DNA of 64,000 bases from Candidatus Brocadiia bacterium (lineage in GTDB: Bacteria; Planctomycetota; Brocadiia; CAIUPP01), in NCBI GenBank assembly GCA_050015075.1, contig JBEKCB010000009.1, positions 81,878-145,877 on the forward strand, written 5' to 3'. The position numbers and the translations under genes were made by a program. This document shows, in pieces, positions 1 to 10,284 of the stretch (its first letter is position 1; every line of letters starts with the position of its first letter). Under the pieces are notes generated by a model. The model searched no databases. It was not told the DNA's origin and saw only the letters and a program-made list of their open reading frames with translations.

Positions 1-2
1 GC

Positions 3-449
3 GTGCTCGACGAGCGCGTCGCGAAGCTGATGTGCGGCGACCTCCTCGCGGCGGTCGTCGAGAGAGGCACGGCGCGCGACTCCGCCATCGCGGGCTACCA
101 GATGTCCGGCAAGACCGGTACGCCCCAATTGTCGCGGCCGGGCGCGCGCGGATACGAGCCGGGCGCATACGCCTCGGTGTTCGTCGGGATCGTCCCGACG
201 AGCGCGCCGAGGTTCGTGATCAGCGTCATGATCAAGAAGCCGCAGGCGGCGTATTACGGCGGCGTGGTCGCCGCGCCCGCGGTCGCGCATATGGCCGAAC
301 GAATCCTGAGCATGTTCCAGGTCCCGCGCGAGTCGCCGGATGAGCCGGAAACCAAGGCCGTCGTCACGAAAGCGGCGTTATCGCAGAAATTGAACCATGA
401 GGCTTTCACCACGAAGAACGCGAAGGACGTGAAGAAAGAAACGTGGTGA
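3..449 (+). CDS. ftsI: Penicillin-binding protein transpeptidase, C-terminal part (5' truncated by window edge)
   Basis: KTG motif (MSGKTGTPQ), YYGGVVAAP segment; lies immediately upstream of murE. Confidence 0.85.
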   Translation: MLDERVAKLMCGDLLAAVVERGTARDSAIAGYQMSGKTGTPQLSRPGARGYEPGAYASVFVGIVPTSAPRFVISVMIKKPQAAYYGGVVAAPAVAHMAERILSMFQVPRESPDEPETKAVVTKAALSQKLNHEAFTTKNAKDVKKETW

Positions 450-476
450 AAACAAGTCCATGAGAGGAAGTGAAGC

Positions 477-1940
477 GTGAAACTCTGCAAGCTGCCGAAG
501 ATTCTTCCGGGCATTCATCCGCCGGTGCCGGAGGACTGGGCGGAGGTCGAGGTGCTGGGCATCGCGCATGACTCGCGGCGCGTGAAGCCCGGCTCGGTCT
601 TCGTCGCCATCGGCGGGCACGAGCGCGACGGCAACGCCTACATCGAGGACGCCCTCGCACGAGGCGCCGTCGCCATCGTCTCCGAGAAGCCGGTCCGCCC
701 CTCGCGGCCGGTCGTCACGCTCACGGTCAGCGACGCCCGCCGCGCGCTCGCCGCGCTGGCGAGCACCTTCTACGGCAAGCCCTCGCGCCGGCTCCACGTC
801 ATCGGCGTCACGGGCACGAACGGGAAGACCACCACGACGTACATGATCCGCTCGATCCTCGAAGCCGCCGGCTATCGCTGCGGCGTGCTCGGCACGATCG
901 GCTACGAGACCGGCCGCCGCTCGCTGCCGGCCTCGGTCACCACGCCGGAGTCGCTGAGCATCCAGGAGTACCTGGCCGAGATGGTCGCCGAGGGGCTCGA
1001 TTACGCCGCGATGGAGGTCTCCTCGCATTCGCTCTGCATGCGGCGCGTGGACTTCGTGCAGTTCGCCGCGGCGGTCTTCACGAACCTGAGCCCGGAGCAC
1101 ATGGATTATCACCGCACGCTCGCGGCCTATCGCCAGGCCAAGGCGCGGCTCTTCTCCGCGCTCGGCCCGGCCTCGGTCGCGGTGATCAACGCCGACGACA
1201 AGAGCGCCGCCGGGATGGCGCGCGGCACGTTCGCGCGCGTGCTCTACTACGGAATCAAGAACCGCGCCGAGGTCTCGGCGCGGATCAAGGAATCCACGCT
1301 CGACGGCATCTGCATGACGCTCGCGACGCCCTCGGGCGAGGCGGAACTGCACCTGCCGCTCATCGGCACGCACAACGTCTACAACGCCCTCGGCGCCGCG
1401 GCCGTGACGCTGGCGCTCGGGCGCGACCTGAACTGCATCCGCGACGGGCTCGAACACGTGCCGCCGGTCCCGGGCCGGCTCGAGCCGGTGCCCTGCCCGA
1501 AGGGATGCAAGGTGCTCGTGGATTTCGCGCACACCGACCAGGCGCTGAAATCGGTCTTGCAGTCGCTGCGGCCGCTGACCTCGAAGCGGATCATCGTCGT
1601 CTTCGGCGCCGGCGGCGACCGCGACCGCGAGAAGCGCCCGCGCATGGGCCGCGTCGCCGAGCTCGGCGCGGACATGGCCTGGGTCACCAGCGACAACCCG
1701 CGCAGCGAGGAGCCGCTCGACATCATCAATGAGATCCTCAGCGGAGTCCGCAGCCGGCGCCGGCTGCACGTTCAGCCCGACCGTCAGGCGGCCATCGCCG
1801 AGGCGCTCGACGCCGCGCGGCCCGGCGACCTGGTCCTCATCGCCGGCAAAGGCCACGAGCGGACACAGCGGTTCAAGGACAAAGTGATTCCCTTCGACGA
1901 CCGCGAGGCCGTCGAGCGCGCCTTCGCGCTCAAGGGATGA
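477..1940 (+). CDS. murE: UDP-MurNAc-Ala-Glu--meso-DAP ligase
   Basis: GVTGTNGKTT P-loop, TTPES, MEVSSH, DFAHT, GAGGDRD, DNPR (DAP-type), AGKGHE. Confidence 0.97.
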   Translation: MKLCKLPKILPGIHPPVPEDWAEVEVLGIAHDSRRVKPGSVFVAIGGHERDGNAYIEDALARGAVAIVSEKPVRPSRPVVTLTVSDARRALAALASTFYGKPSRRLHVIGVTGTNGKTTTTYMIRSILEAAGYRCGVLGTIGYETGRRSLPASVTTPESLSIQEYLAEMVAEGLDYAAMEVSSHSLCMRRVDFVQFAAAVFTNLSPEHMDYHRTLAAYRQAKARLFSALGPASVAVINADDKSAAGMARGTFARVLYYGIKNRAEVSARIKESTLDGICMTLATPSGEAELHLPLIGTHNVYNALGAAAVTLALGRDLNCIRDGLEHVPPVPGRLEPVPCPKGCKVLVDFAHTDQALKSVLQSLRPLTSKRIIVVFGAGGDRDREKRPRMGRVAELGADMAWVTSDNPRSEEPLDIINEILSGVRSRRRLHVQPDRQAAIAEALDAARPGDLVLIAGKGHERTQRFKDKVIPFDDREAVERAFALKG

Positions 1941-1964
1941 AATTTCACGCAAGGGATTAATGAA

Positions 1965-3353
1965 GTGAGCCATCAACGTCTGCGCACTGTGGGTGTGGAG
2001 ATCGTGGGAGCTATCGGGAGACGCCCGGGAAGGAGGATCTGGACCATTACGGGCGTCTCCACCGATAGTCGCGTGGTCCGTCCCGGAGAGATGTTCTTCG
2101 CCCTCACCGGCGCGCGCTCTGACGGACATGACTTCGTCCGGTCCGCCCTCGAACGGGGCGCGGCGTGCGCCGTGGTCAGCCGCGACGTGGACGTTCCGCA
2201 CGCGATGCGCGACCGCGTCGTGAGGGTCAAGGACACCCTGCGCGCGCTGGGCCAGTCGGCCCGCGCGTATCGCCGCACCTGGGGCGGAAAGGTCATCGCC
2301 GTCACCGGATCGAACGGCAAGACCACGACGCGCGAGATGATCTACCACATCCTGTCCGCACATATGCCGTGCCACCGGTCGCCGAAGAGCTTCAACACCG
2401 ACGTCGGCGTGTCGCTCACGCTCTTCCAGGCCGACCCGACCGACCGCGTGATCGTCCTGGAGATGGGCACGAACGCGCCGGGCGAGATCGCGGAACTGAC
2501 GCAGATCGCCGAGCCGGACCTGGGCGTCATCACGAACATCGGCGAGACGCACCTCGAAGGGCTCGGCTCGATCGAGGGCGTGGCGAAGGCGAAGGCGGAG
2601 CTGCTCGACGCGCTCGGCCGCGACAGCGCCGCGTTCCTCAACGCCGACGATCCCTGGTTCGAGTTCCTGGCCAAGCGCGTCCAGGGAAAAGTGATCAGCT
2701 ACGGCACGCGGCGCGAGGCCGCGTTCCGCGGACATGACCTGCAGAGTTTCGAGGGCGGCCATTCGTTCATCATCCGCGGCGGCCTCCGGGTCGAGATCCC
2801 TGTGCCCGGCCGGCACAACGTCCTGAACGCGCTCGCGGCGCTGGCGGTGGCGGACTACCTCGGCCTGTGCCTGTCGGACGCGGCGGCGCGGATGGCGACG
2901 TTCCGCCTGCCGGAGATGCGCTACCAGGTCGAGCAGATCCGCGGGATCACGGTGGTGTTCGACGGATACAACGCGAACCCCGGCTCGATGAGCGCGGCGA
3001 TTGCGGCGTTCAGCAAGACCGAGGTGCCCGGCCGGCGCGTGGCCGTGCTCGGCGACATGATGGAACTCGGCCTGCGCAGCGAGCAGCTCCATGAGGCGCT
3101 GGGCGCGGAAGTCGCGCGTTCCGGCGTCAACGCGCTCTGGGCGGTCGGCAAGTTCGCGCCGCTCGTCGCGCGCTCCGCCGAGAAAAACGGGCTCGATGGC
3201 CACGTGTCGCAGGCGGACGACGTCGGGCCGGTCGTCCGCCACGTCTGCGAATACCTGCAACCCGGCGACGCCGTTCTCGTCAAGGGCTCGCGCGGGATGA
3301 AAATGGAACGGTTGGTCGAGGAATTGCGGGCTGCGCCCGCATTGAAGGGTTAA
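1965..3353 (+). CDS. murF: UDP-MurNAc-tripeptide--D-Ala-D-Ala ligase
   Basis: TGSNGKTTT, LEMG, DGYNANP, LGDMMELG, VKGSRG; start codon uncertain. Confidence 0.95.
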   Translation: MSHQRLRTVGVEIVGAIGRRPGRRIWTITGVSTDSRVVRPGEMFFALTGARSDGHDFVRSALERGAACAVVSRDVDVPHAMRDRVVRVKDTLRALGQSARAYRRTWGGKVIAVTGSNGKTTTREMIYHILSAHMPCHRSPKSFNTDVGVSLTLFQADPTDRVIVLEMGTNAPGEIAELTQIAEPDLGVITNIGETHLEGLGSIEGVAKAKAELLDALGRDSAAFLNADDPWFEFLAKRVQGKVISYGTRREAAFRGHDLQSFEGGHSFIIRGGLRVEIPVPGRHNVLNALAALAVADYLGLCLSDAAARMATFRLPEMRYQVEQIRGITVVFDGYNANPGSMSAAIAAFSKTEVPGRRVAVLGDMMELGLRSEQLHEALGAEVARSGVNALWAVGKFAPLVARSAEKNGLDGHVSQADDVGPVVRHVCEYLQPGDAVLVKGSRGMKMERLVEELRAAPALKG

Positions 3354-3357
3354 AAAC

Positions 3358-4428
3358 GTGCTGTACGGCTTATTGTTACTGGATAACATTCTTCTGCGCG
3401 CGGGCCTGTCCTTCCTGACAGCGCTGGTCGTCAGCCTAGTGGCCGGCTCGTGGCTCATCCGATTCTTCCACCGGAAGAACGTGATCGAGGACACCACGCA
3501 GCCGGACCACGCTGGCCTGAACGCGATCCAGTCGCTGAAGAAAGACGTGCCGACGATGGGTGGATTGATGATCCTGGCCGGCATCGTCGTCGCCACGCTG
3601 CTCTGGGCTGATTTGAAGGCGCCCACGGTCTGGATCGGGCTTCTGGTCCTGGTCGTTCTGGGCGGCGCAGGTCTTGTGGACGATTACATCAAGCTCAGGC
3701 ACAAGCCATCGCGCGGGCTGACGAAGATACAGAAGCTCGTCGTTCAGTTCATCCTCGGCGGCGTCGTGGGTTATCTGCTCATGAGATATTGGAACGGCTA
3801 TCTACCTGTTGCGATGGCGATGTCCTGGGTTCGCATCCCATTGACCGGGATTTGGCTCGACTTTGGCTGGTGGTACATCCTCTGGTCCGGATTCGTCATG
3901 GCCGCCACGTCCAATGCCGTGAACATTACCGACGGCCTCGACGGCCTTGCCGGCGGGCTGATGCTGATCGCGATGATGTTCATGACCTTTTTGGGACTGT
4001 GGGAACTCGTATCTCATTCGACAGGGGCAGAGTTCACCTTATTCTTGGAGAACCATTCCGTTCTCTGTGCCTGTAGCGCCGGGGCCGTCCTCGGATTCCT
4101 CTGGTACAACTGCAACCCCGCACAGATTTTCATGGGCGACACCGGCTCGCTCGCGCTGGGCGGGCTGCTGGCGTACGCCGGGCTGTGCATGAAGGCTGAA
4201 TTCCTGCTTCTGGTGGTCGGCGGCGTGTTCTTCATCGAAGAACTGACCGTGGCGATGCAGATCGCCAGTTTCAAGCTGACGAAGAAGCGGGTCTTCCCGA
4301 TCACACCGATCCACCATTATTTTCAGGTCCATCTGAAATGGCCCGAGCAGAAAATTGTGACGCGCGCGTGGTTCCTGGGCGCTTTCGCGGCATTTCTAGC
4401 GCTCTTGATCTTTGCGGCGCGGGACTGA
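3358..4428 (+). CDS. mraY: Phospho-MurNAc-pentapeptide transferase
   Basis: PTMGG, DDYIK, SNAVNITDGLDGLA, FMGDTGSL, PIHH; multi-TM. Confidence 0.96.
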   Translation: MLYGLLLLDNILLRAGLSFLTALVVSLVAGSWLIRFFHRKNVIEDTTQPDHAGLNAIQSLKKDVPTMGGLMILAGIVVATLLWADLKAPTVWIGLLVLVVLGGAGLVDDYIKLRHKPSRGLTKIQKLVVQFILGGVVGYLLMRYWNGYLPVAMAMSWVRIPLTGIWLDFGWWYILWSGFVMAATSNAVNITDGLDGLAGGLMLIAMMFMTFLGLWELVSHSTGAEFTLFLENHSVLCACSAGAVLGFLWYNCNPAQIFMGDTGSLALGGLLAYAGLCMKAEFLLLVVGGVFFIEELTVAMQIASFKLTKKRVFPITPIHHYFQVHLKWPEQKIVTRAWFLGAFAAFLALLIFAARD

Positions 4429-4429
4429 C

Positions 4430-5584
4430 ATGAAACGAACCAGCGGAATTCTGTTGTGCTGCGTGGCGACGCTGCTGGCGCTGGGGGCGGTGATGGTGTT
4501 CTCGTGCCTCTCCGCGCGGGCGAGCACGCTGGACGTCGGGCTGGAATACCTCTTCAAGCATGCGCTCTGGGTCGCCGGCGGCGTGGTGATCATGCTGCTG
4601 ATGAGCCGGCTGGATTATCACTGGCTGGAGAAGCACCAGCGGATCATCGCCGTCGCGGCGCTCGTGTCGCTGGTGCTCGTTCTGGTTCCGCACTTGGGCA
4701 CGATGACGCACGGCGCGCGGCGGTGGATCCGGTTCTACGGCCCGGTCGGCTTCCAGCCGTCGGAGATCGCCAAGCTGGCGCTGCTGGTGGTGCTGTGCGG
4801 CATGGCCGCGCGGCGCGGAGAGCAGATGCGCTCGCTGCGCTCCGGACTTCTGCCGTGCATGGCGGTGGTCGGCCTGACGGCCGGGCTGATCCTGGTCGAG
4901 CCGGATTACGGAACCGCGGCGCTGATCGGCATCATCGGCTCGCTGGTGGTGCTCGTCGCCGAGGCGCCGGTCTGGCCGATGGCCGCGGCGGGCTCAGCGG
5001 GGCTCGCCGGCGCCGCCGCGCTCGTCTGGCGATCGCCCGTGCGCCAGGCGCGCGTGCTCGCGTTCCTCGACCCGTCGCAGCATCTGGACGGCGCCGGATA
5101 CCAGTTGATGCACTCGCTGATCGCGCTCGGCAGCGGCGGGCTGCTCGGCCGAGGGCTCGGCGCCAGCCGCCAGAAGCTCTTCTTCCTGCCCGAGCCGGAG
5201 ACCGATTTCATCTTCGCCGTGATCGGCGAGGAACTCGGCCTGATCGGCGCGCTGGCGGTGATTTTCGTCTTCGTGCTGATCCTGTGGCAGGGCATGAAGA
5301 TCGCTTCGCGAGCGCGCGATTCGTTCGGCCGGCTGCTGGCCTTCGGGATCACGGCCCTGATCGTGTTCCAGGCGCTGATCCATATCGCCGTCGTCACCGC
5401 CTCGATGCCCACCAAGGGCATCGTGCTGCCGCTCGTCTCCTCGGGCGGGTCCTCGATTGTGGTCACGCTGGCGGCGATCGGGGTTCTTCTCAATATCGCG
5501 TCGCAGGCGGTCGAAGAGCCGAACGCGAACGTCGAAGCGCCGCCGGCGGAGGACGCCAAGCGGCCGATGGAAGCGGGCGTTTAG
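4430..5584 (+). CDS. ftsW: SEDS family peptidoglycan polymerase
   Basis: GARRWI, FQPSEIAK, EPDYGT, GYQL, LPEPETDFIF, PTKGIVLP; ATG at 4430. Confidence 0.95.
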   Translation: MKRTSGILLCCVATLLALGAVMVFSCLSARASTLDVGLEYLFKHALWVAGGVVIMLLMSRLDYHWLEKHQRIIAVAALVSLVLVLVPHLGTMTHGARRWIRFYGPVGFQPSEIAKLALLVVLCGMAARRGEQMRSLRSGLLPCMAVVGLTAGLILVEPDYGTAALIGIIGSLVVLVAEAPVWPMAAAGSAGLAGAAALVWRSPVRQARVLAFLDPSQHLDGAGYQLMHSLIALGSGGLLGRGLGASRQKLFFLPEPETDFIFAVIGEELGLIGALAVIFVFVLILWQGMKIASRARDSFGRLLAFGITALIVFQALIHIAVVTASMPTKGIVLPLVSSGGSSIVVTLAAIGVLLNIASQAVEEPNANVEAPPAEDAKRPMEAGV

Positions 5585-5616
5585 AAACAGAGTTCTCACT
5601 GTCGGAGTCCTGGCAT

Positions 5617-6804
5617 ATGGGCAAAGGAATCGAAGCCAAGCGTTTCACCGGCATCTTCGCCGGCGGCGGCACAGGCGGGCACCTGATGCCCGGATTGAGC
5701 GTGGCGGCGGAGTTGCGGCGCGCCTATCCGGACACCAGCCGGCTCTACTTCGTCGGCACTTCCAATTCGCTCGAGCGCCGGCTGGTCGAGTCGCACGGGT
5801 TCGACTTCCTCTCCCTGCCGAGCCTGAAGCTGGCCGCCTCGCCCGCGGCTCTGCCGCGCTGGATCATGCGGCTGACCGGCGGGCTGGTCGAGGCGACTCG
5901 GCTGATCCGCCGGCTGCGGCCGGACGCCGTCGTGAGCCTGGGCGGATACGCCGCCGTCGCCCCGTCGCTGGCCGCGGCGCTCTGCCGCGTGCCGATGGCG
6001 GTGATGGAGCAGAACGCGGTGCCCGGGAAGACCAACCGGCTGCTCAGCTGGTGGGCGCGCGAGGTGTACGCGCCATGGCCGGGAATCGAGTCGTTCTTCG
6101 CGTATCCCGAGCGCGTGCACGTCACCGGCAACCCGGTGCGCGAGGATCTGCCGCGCCGCCGCTCGCCCCACCTGGCCGGGCAGTTCGGCCTTAACCCGCA
6201 CAAGTGCACGCTCCTGGTGATGGGCGGCAGCCAGGGCGCACAGACGATCAACCGCGCCGTCGTCGCCGCGCTGCCGGAACTCGAGACGGAGTCCGAGTGG
6301 CTCCAGATCCTCCACAGCACCGGCCAGTCCGGATACGAGGAAACCGCCGCGGCGTACGCCGGCCGGAAAATCCAGTCGGCGGTGCTGCCCTACGTCGAGG
6401 ACATGGCCTCGGCCTACGCGCTGTGCGAGCTGGCGCTCTGCCGCGCGGGCGGGACGACGCTGGCCGAGTTGACCACGCTCGGCGTGCCGGCGGTGCTCGT
6501 GCCGCTGCCGATCGCCGCGAATGACCACCAGCGCCGCAACGCCTCGCTCGTCGCGGGAGCCGGCGCAGCGCTGTTGATGGAGCAGGCCGACTTCGCGATG
6601 GGCCGCCTGGCGGCAACGCTCGTCGGGCTGCTGCGCAACGACGAGTGCCTCGCCCGCATGCGCGCGGCCAGCCTGCGGCTGGGCCGCCCGAACGCGACGA
6701 AGAACGTCGCAGAGCGGCTTTTTCGGTTGATGAACGGGCGCAAGGGCGAGCGCGCCGCGCCGAGGGCGGAGCGCGGAGTCGAGAAGATGATAGTCAGGCG
6801 TTAG
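5617..6804 (+). CDS. murG: Lipid I N-acetylglucosaminyltransferase
   Basis: GGGTGGH, GGY, EQN, TGNPVR, GGSQGA, RAGGTT; start taken as ATG 5617 within the longer ORF 4456..6804. Confidence 0.96.
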   Translation: MGKGIEAKRFTGIFAGGGTGGHLMPGLSVAAELRRAYPDTSRLYFVGTSNSLERRLVESHGFDFLSLPSLKLAASPAALPRWIMRLTGGLVEATRLIRRLRPDAVVSLGGYAAVAPSLAAALCRVPMAVMEQNAVPGKTNRLLSWWAREVYAPWPGIESFFAYPERVHVTGNPVREDLPRRRSPHLAGQFGLNPHKCTLLVMGGSQGAQTINRAVVAALPELETESEWLQILHSTGQSGYEETAAAYAGRKIQSAVLPYVEDMASAYALCELALCRAGGTTLAELTTLGVPAVLVPLPIAANDHQRRNASLVAGAGAALLMEQADFAMGRLAATLVGLLRNDECLARMRAASLRLGRPNATKNVAERLFRLMNGRKGERAAPRAERGVEKMIVRR

Positions 6805-6832
6805 GCGTCATCTCCTGTAGGAGATTCATTTC

Positions 6833-8335
6833 GTGCGCAGGCGGCGTAAAACAACCCGGAAGCAGCTTCAGCTCTGGCCGAAGCCCGCGCCGGCGCAGCC
6901 ATCGAGGGAAAGCGGCGCGCCGATTCCCTGGCGCGGCACCGCGGTGCACCTGATCGGCATCGGCGGCGTCGGCATGAGCGGGATCGCCGCCCTGCTGCCG
7001 CACTACGGCTGCACCGTCACCGGCTGCGACGCCGGCGGCAGCGAAATCATCGAATCGCTCACGCGACGCGGCATCCGTGTTTCCATCGGCCACAGCCCCG
7101 AGCACATCACCGACAAACTCGGCCTGGTCATCGTCTCCGCCGCGATCCGCGACACGAACCCGGAAGTGCGCGAGGCGGCGCGGCGCGGCATACCCGTCAT
7201 CAAGTACGCGCAGGCGCTCGGCTGGCTGATGAAGGACCGCGACGGCATCGCCGTCAGCGGCGCGCACGGCAAGACCACCACCACTTCGATGATCGCCTAC
7301 GCGCTGAGCTACGGCGGCAAGCATCCCGCGATGGTCGTCGGCGGCGTCGTGCCGCAACTCGGCGGCAACTCGCTCACCGGCCGCGGCGGACCGTTCGTCG
7401 TCGAGGCGTGCGAATACGATCGCTCGTTCCTCAACCTCAGTCCGAAGGCCGTCGTCGTCACCAATATTGACCGCGAGCACCTCGATTACTATTCGGGCCT
7501 CGAGGAGCTGGTCGAGGCGTTCGGCGCCTTCGTCGCGCAGGCGCCGGCCGACGGGCTCTGCGTGGCGAACGGCGACGACCCGAACGTCCTTCGCGCCGTG
7601 AAGCAGAGCCGCGCGCGCGTCGAGACCTTCGGCGACGGGAAAGACTGCGACTGGCGCGTCAGCGAATGGTCCCGCGCCGAAGGACGCACGCGGTTCCGCG
7701 CCTTCCACCGCGGCAAGAACGTCGGCGTTTTCGAACTGCTCGTGCCGGGCTACTACAACGTGCGCAATGCGCTGGCGTGCATCGCCATCAGCAGCTTCTT
7801 CGACGTGAACCGCCAGGACGTGCGCGAGTCGCTCGCCGAATTCCGCGGCGCGCGCCGGCGCTTCGACCGCCTCGGCGAGGCCGCCGGCGTGATGGTCTTC
7901 GACGATTACGGCCACCACCCGACCGAGGTGCGCGTCACGCTCGACGCCGCGCGGCAGGAATTCCCGAAGCGCCGCCTGCTCTGCGTTTTCCAGCCGCATC
8001 AGTGCAGCCGCACGCGGCTGCTCATGAACGATTTCGCCGGCGCGTTCGGATCGGCCGACTGCGTCATCGTCCCGGATATCTACTCGGTGCGCGACAACGA
8101 GGCGGACCGGGCGAGCGTGCACTCGCAGGACCTCGTCGCCACGCTGCGCCGCAATGGTGTGCAGGCGGAATACGGCTCGCAGTTCCCTGAGACCGTGGAT
8201 CGCCTGCTCCACTCCGTCCGCAGCGGAGACCTGGTGATGACGATGGGGGCAGGTCCGGTGAACGACGTGGGGATACGCCTGCTGCAGGAACTCAAGAAAA
8301 GGGAGCAAAGCGATGAACTGGTACTCAGGGCTTGA
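6833..8335 (+). CDS. murC: UDP-MurNAc--L-alanine ligase
   Basis: GIGGVGMSG, GAHGKTTTT, EACEYDRSF, DDYGHHPTE, FQPH, MGAG. Confidence 0.96.
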   Translation: MRRRRKTTRKQLQLWPKPAPAQPSRESGAPIPWRGTAVHLIGIGGVGMSGIAALLPHYGCTVTGCDAGGSEIIESLTRRGIRVSIGHSPEHITDKLGLVIVSAAIRDTNPEVREAARRGIPVIKYAQALGWLMKDRDGIAVSGAHGKTTTTSMIAYALSYGGKHPAMVVGGVVPQLGGNSLTGRGGPFVVEACEYDRSFLNLSPKAVVVTNIDREHLDYYSGLEELVEAFGAFVAQAPADGLCVANGDDPNVLRAVKQSRARVETFGDGKDCDWRVSEWSRAEGRTRFRAFHRGKNVGVFELLVPGYYNVRNALACIAISSFFDVNRQDVRESLAEFRGARRRFDRLGEAAGVMVFDDYGHHPTEVRVTLDAARQEFPKRRLLCVFQPHQCSRTRLLMNDFAGAFGSADCVIVPDIYSVRDNEADRASVHSQDLVATLRRNGVQAEYGSQFPETVDRLLHSVRSGDLVMTMGAGPVNDVGIRLLQELKKREQSDELVLRA

Positions 8336-9275
8336 GTCGTTCGTGCGAGTGGACGAGCCGCTGGCCGAGCGCACGACGTTCGCCATCGGCGGTCGGGCGG
8401 CGTACTTCGTCGAGCCGACGACGGAGGCGGAGTTTGCCGCCGGCTACGCGGCCGCTATGCGCTCGCGGCTGCCGGTGTTCATCCTCGGCGGCGGAAGCAA
8501 CCTGCTCGTCTCCGACAAGGGCGTGCCGGGCGTCGTGATCTGCACGACGAAGATGGCGGACAAGTCCATGCCCGCGCAGAGCCATTCCAGCTTCAGCGCG
8601 CACGCGGCCGGTTCGCTCGTCCAGTTGCGCGCCGGGACGAGCCTGGAGAAGGCCGTCCTCTGGACTGCGCGCGCCGGGCTCTCGGGGCTGGAGTGCCTCG
8701 CCGGGATTCCCGGCACCGTCGGCGGCGCCGTCCGCATGAACGCCGGCGGGCGCTACGGCATGATCTGCGACGCGATCCACGCGGTCTGGTGCGTGGACCG
8801 CCAGGGCCGCATCTACATGCGCAACGCCTCCGACATCCAGTGGGGCTATCGGGCGACCGACCTGGGCGACCCGATCGTCCGCGTCGGCTTCGACCTGCAG
8901 CGCAAGCCGCCCGAGGCCGTCAGGCTCCAGCGCTCGAAAATCCTCTCCGAGAAGCGCTCCTCGCAGCCGGTGCAGCAGCACAGCGCGGGCTGTTTCTTCA
9001 AGAACCCGGGCGAGGAGAAAGCCGGCGAACTGATCGAGATGGCCGGGCTGAAGGGCTATCGCGTCGGCGAGGCGTGCGTCTCGCCGAAACATGCGAACTT
9101 TATCGTGAACCTCGGTGGCGCGACCGCGAACGACGTCCTGGCGCTCTCGGACACCGTCCGCGACCGCGTCTATGCCGAGTTCGACGTCTCGCTCGAGAAC
9201 GAAGTTTCCACGTGGGGTTTGCCGCGCGAGCGCCCGCCGGTGAACCGCCTTTTCGTGTCGCCGGCGCGGGTGTGA
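8313..9275 (+). CDS. murB: UDP-N-acetylenolpyruvoylglucosamine reductase
   Basis: GGGSNLL, GIPGTVGGAVRMNAG, SAGCFFKNP, KHANFIVN. Confidence 0.96.
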   Translation: MNWYSGLESFVRVDEPLAERTTFAIGGRAAYFVEPTTEAEFAAGYAAAMRSRLPVFILGGGSNLLVSDKGVPGVVICTTKMADKSMPAQSHSSFSAHAAGSLVQLRAGTSLEKAVLWTARAGLSGLECLAGIPGTVGGAVRMNAGGRYGMICDAIHAVWCVDRQGRIYMRNASDIQWGYRATDLGDPIVRVGFDLQRKPPEAVRLQRSKILSEKRSSQPVQQHSAGCFFKNPGEEKAGELIEMAGLKGYRVGEACVSPKHANFIVNLGGATANDVLALSDTVRDRVYAEFDVSLENEVSTWGLPRERPPVNRLFVSPARV

Positions 9276-9327
9276 TTCCAGGATCCTGGTGGATAAGAAA
9301 CGTCATCACTTTCTGAAAGGGCAGAAC

Positions 9328-10266
9328 ATGCGTCGAAGAATCGCGGTGTTGATGGGCGGAGTCTCAGCGGAGCGTGAGGTGTCGCTCAAGTCGGGCAAAG
9401 GCATTGCCGAAGCGCTCCGCCAGAAGGGGCACGAAGTCCACGAGGTGGACATCGCCGAGGAGAGCATCGCGCCGGTGCTTGGCGTCCGGCCGGAACTGGC
9501 CTTCATCGCCCTGCATGGCCGGTTCGGCGAGGACGGCGGGATCCAAGGACTGCTCGATGAGGCCGGAATCGCGTACACCGGCTCCGACCCGCAGGCCAGC
9601 CGCGCGGGGATGGACAAAATGGCTTCCAAGTGCTTCTTCATCACGCACGATGTCCCGACGCCGCCGTTCCGGCTCTTGACGACTACGCAGTCGTGGGAAA
9701 AGGTCGAGGCCGCCATCGAGGAGGTCGGCCTGCCGCTGATCGTCAAGCCGCTGCGGCAGGGTTCGAGCTACGGCGTCTCCCTGGCGAAGACGCACGAGCA
9801 GGTGGCCACCGGTCTCGCCGAGGCGCTCAAGTACGGCCAGCACGCGCTCCTCGAGCGGTTCATCCCGGGCCGCGAGTTCACCGTCGGCATCCTCGACCAG
9901 GCTGCGCTGCCGGTCATCGAACTGCGGCACTCGCACGACATCTTCGACTTCGACGCCAAGTACACCGACCGCGGCACGGAGCGCGTGGTGCATCCGGAAC
10001 TCCCGCGCGAGACCACGGAGAAGTTGCAGGAACTCGCCCTCGCCGCGCATCGCGCCCTGGGTTGCCGCCACTTCAGCCGCGTGGACCTGATGCTCGAAAA
10101 CGACGGCTGCCCGTACGTCCTCGAAGTGAACACCATTCCGGGCTTCACCGAAAAGAGCCTGTTCCCGCTCGCCGCGCGTGAGGCTGGAATCCCGTTCGCG
10201 GACCTCTGCGACCGCATCGTGGACCTGGCGCTGACGCCGGCACCGGTGGAAGTCGGCGGGATCTAG
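9328..10266 (+). CDS. ddl: D-alanine--D-alanine ligase
   Basis: GGVSAEREVS, LHGRFGEDG, GSS, DFDAKY, EVNTIPG; start 9328 or 9289. Confidence 0.96.
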   Translation: MRRRIAVLMGGVSAEREVSLKSGKGIAEALRQKGHEVHEVDIAEESIAPVLGVRPELAFIALHGRFGEDGGIQGLLDEAGIAYTGSDPQASRAGMDKMASKCFFITHDVPTPPFRLLTTTQSWEKVEAAIEEVGLPLIVKPLRQGSSYGVSLAKTHEQVATGLAEALKYGQHALLERFIPGREFTVGILDQAALPVIELRHSHDIFDFDAKYTDRGTERVVHPELPRETTEKLQELALAAHRALGCRHFSRVDLMLENDGCPYVLEVNTIPGFTEKSLFPLAAREAGIPFADLCDRIVDLALTPAPVEVGGI

Positions 10267-10284
10267 AAAGAATGAGAATGTGCC

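Noticed and set aside
378-3626. Very long antisense ORFs (also 12102..15005, 21281..24040, 26802..29129, 35850..38378, 58971..61565)
   Set aside because: Shadows of GC3-biased genes on the opposite strand; no family motifs
3358-4428. mraY looks AT-richer than its neighbours (possible gene replacement)
   Set aside because: May reflect hydrophobic codon content; cannot be supported without a GC3 calculation and a phylogeny
4456-6804. 782-aa ORF suggesting an N-terminally extended or fused MurG
   Set aside because: The upstream part is an off-frame overlap with ftsW; MurG motifs begin after ATG 5617
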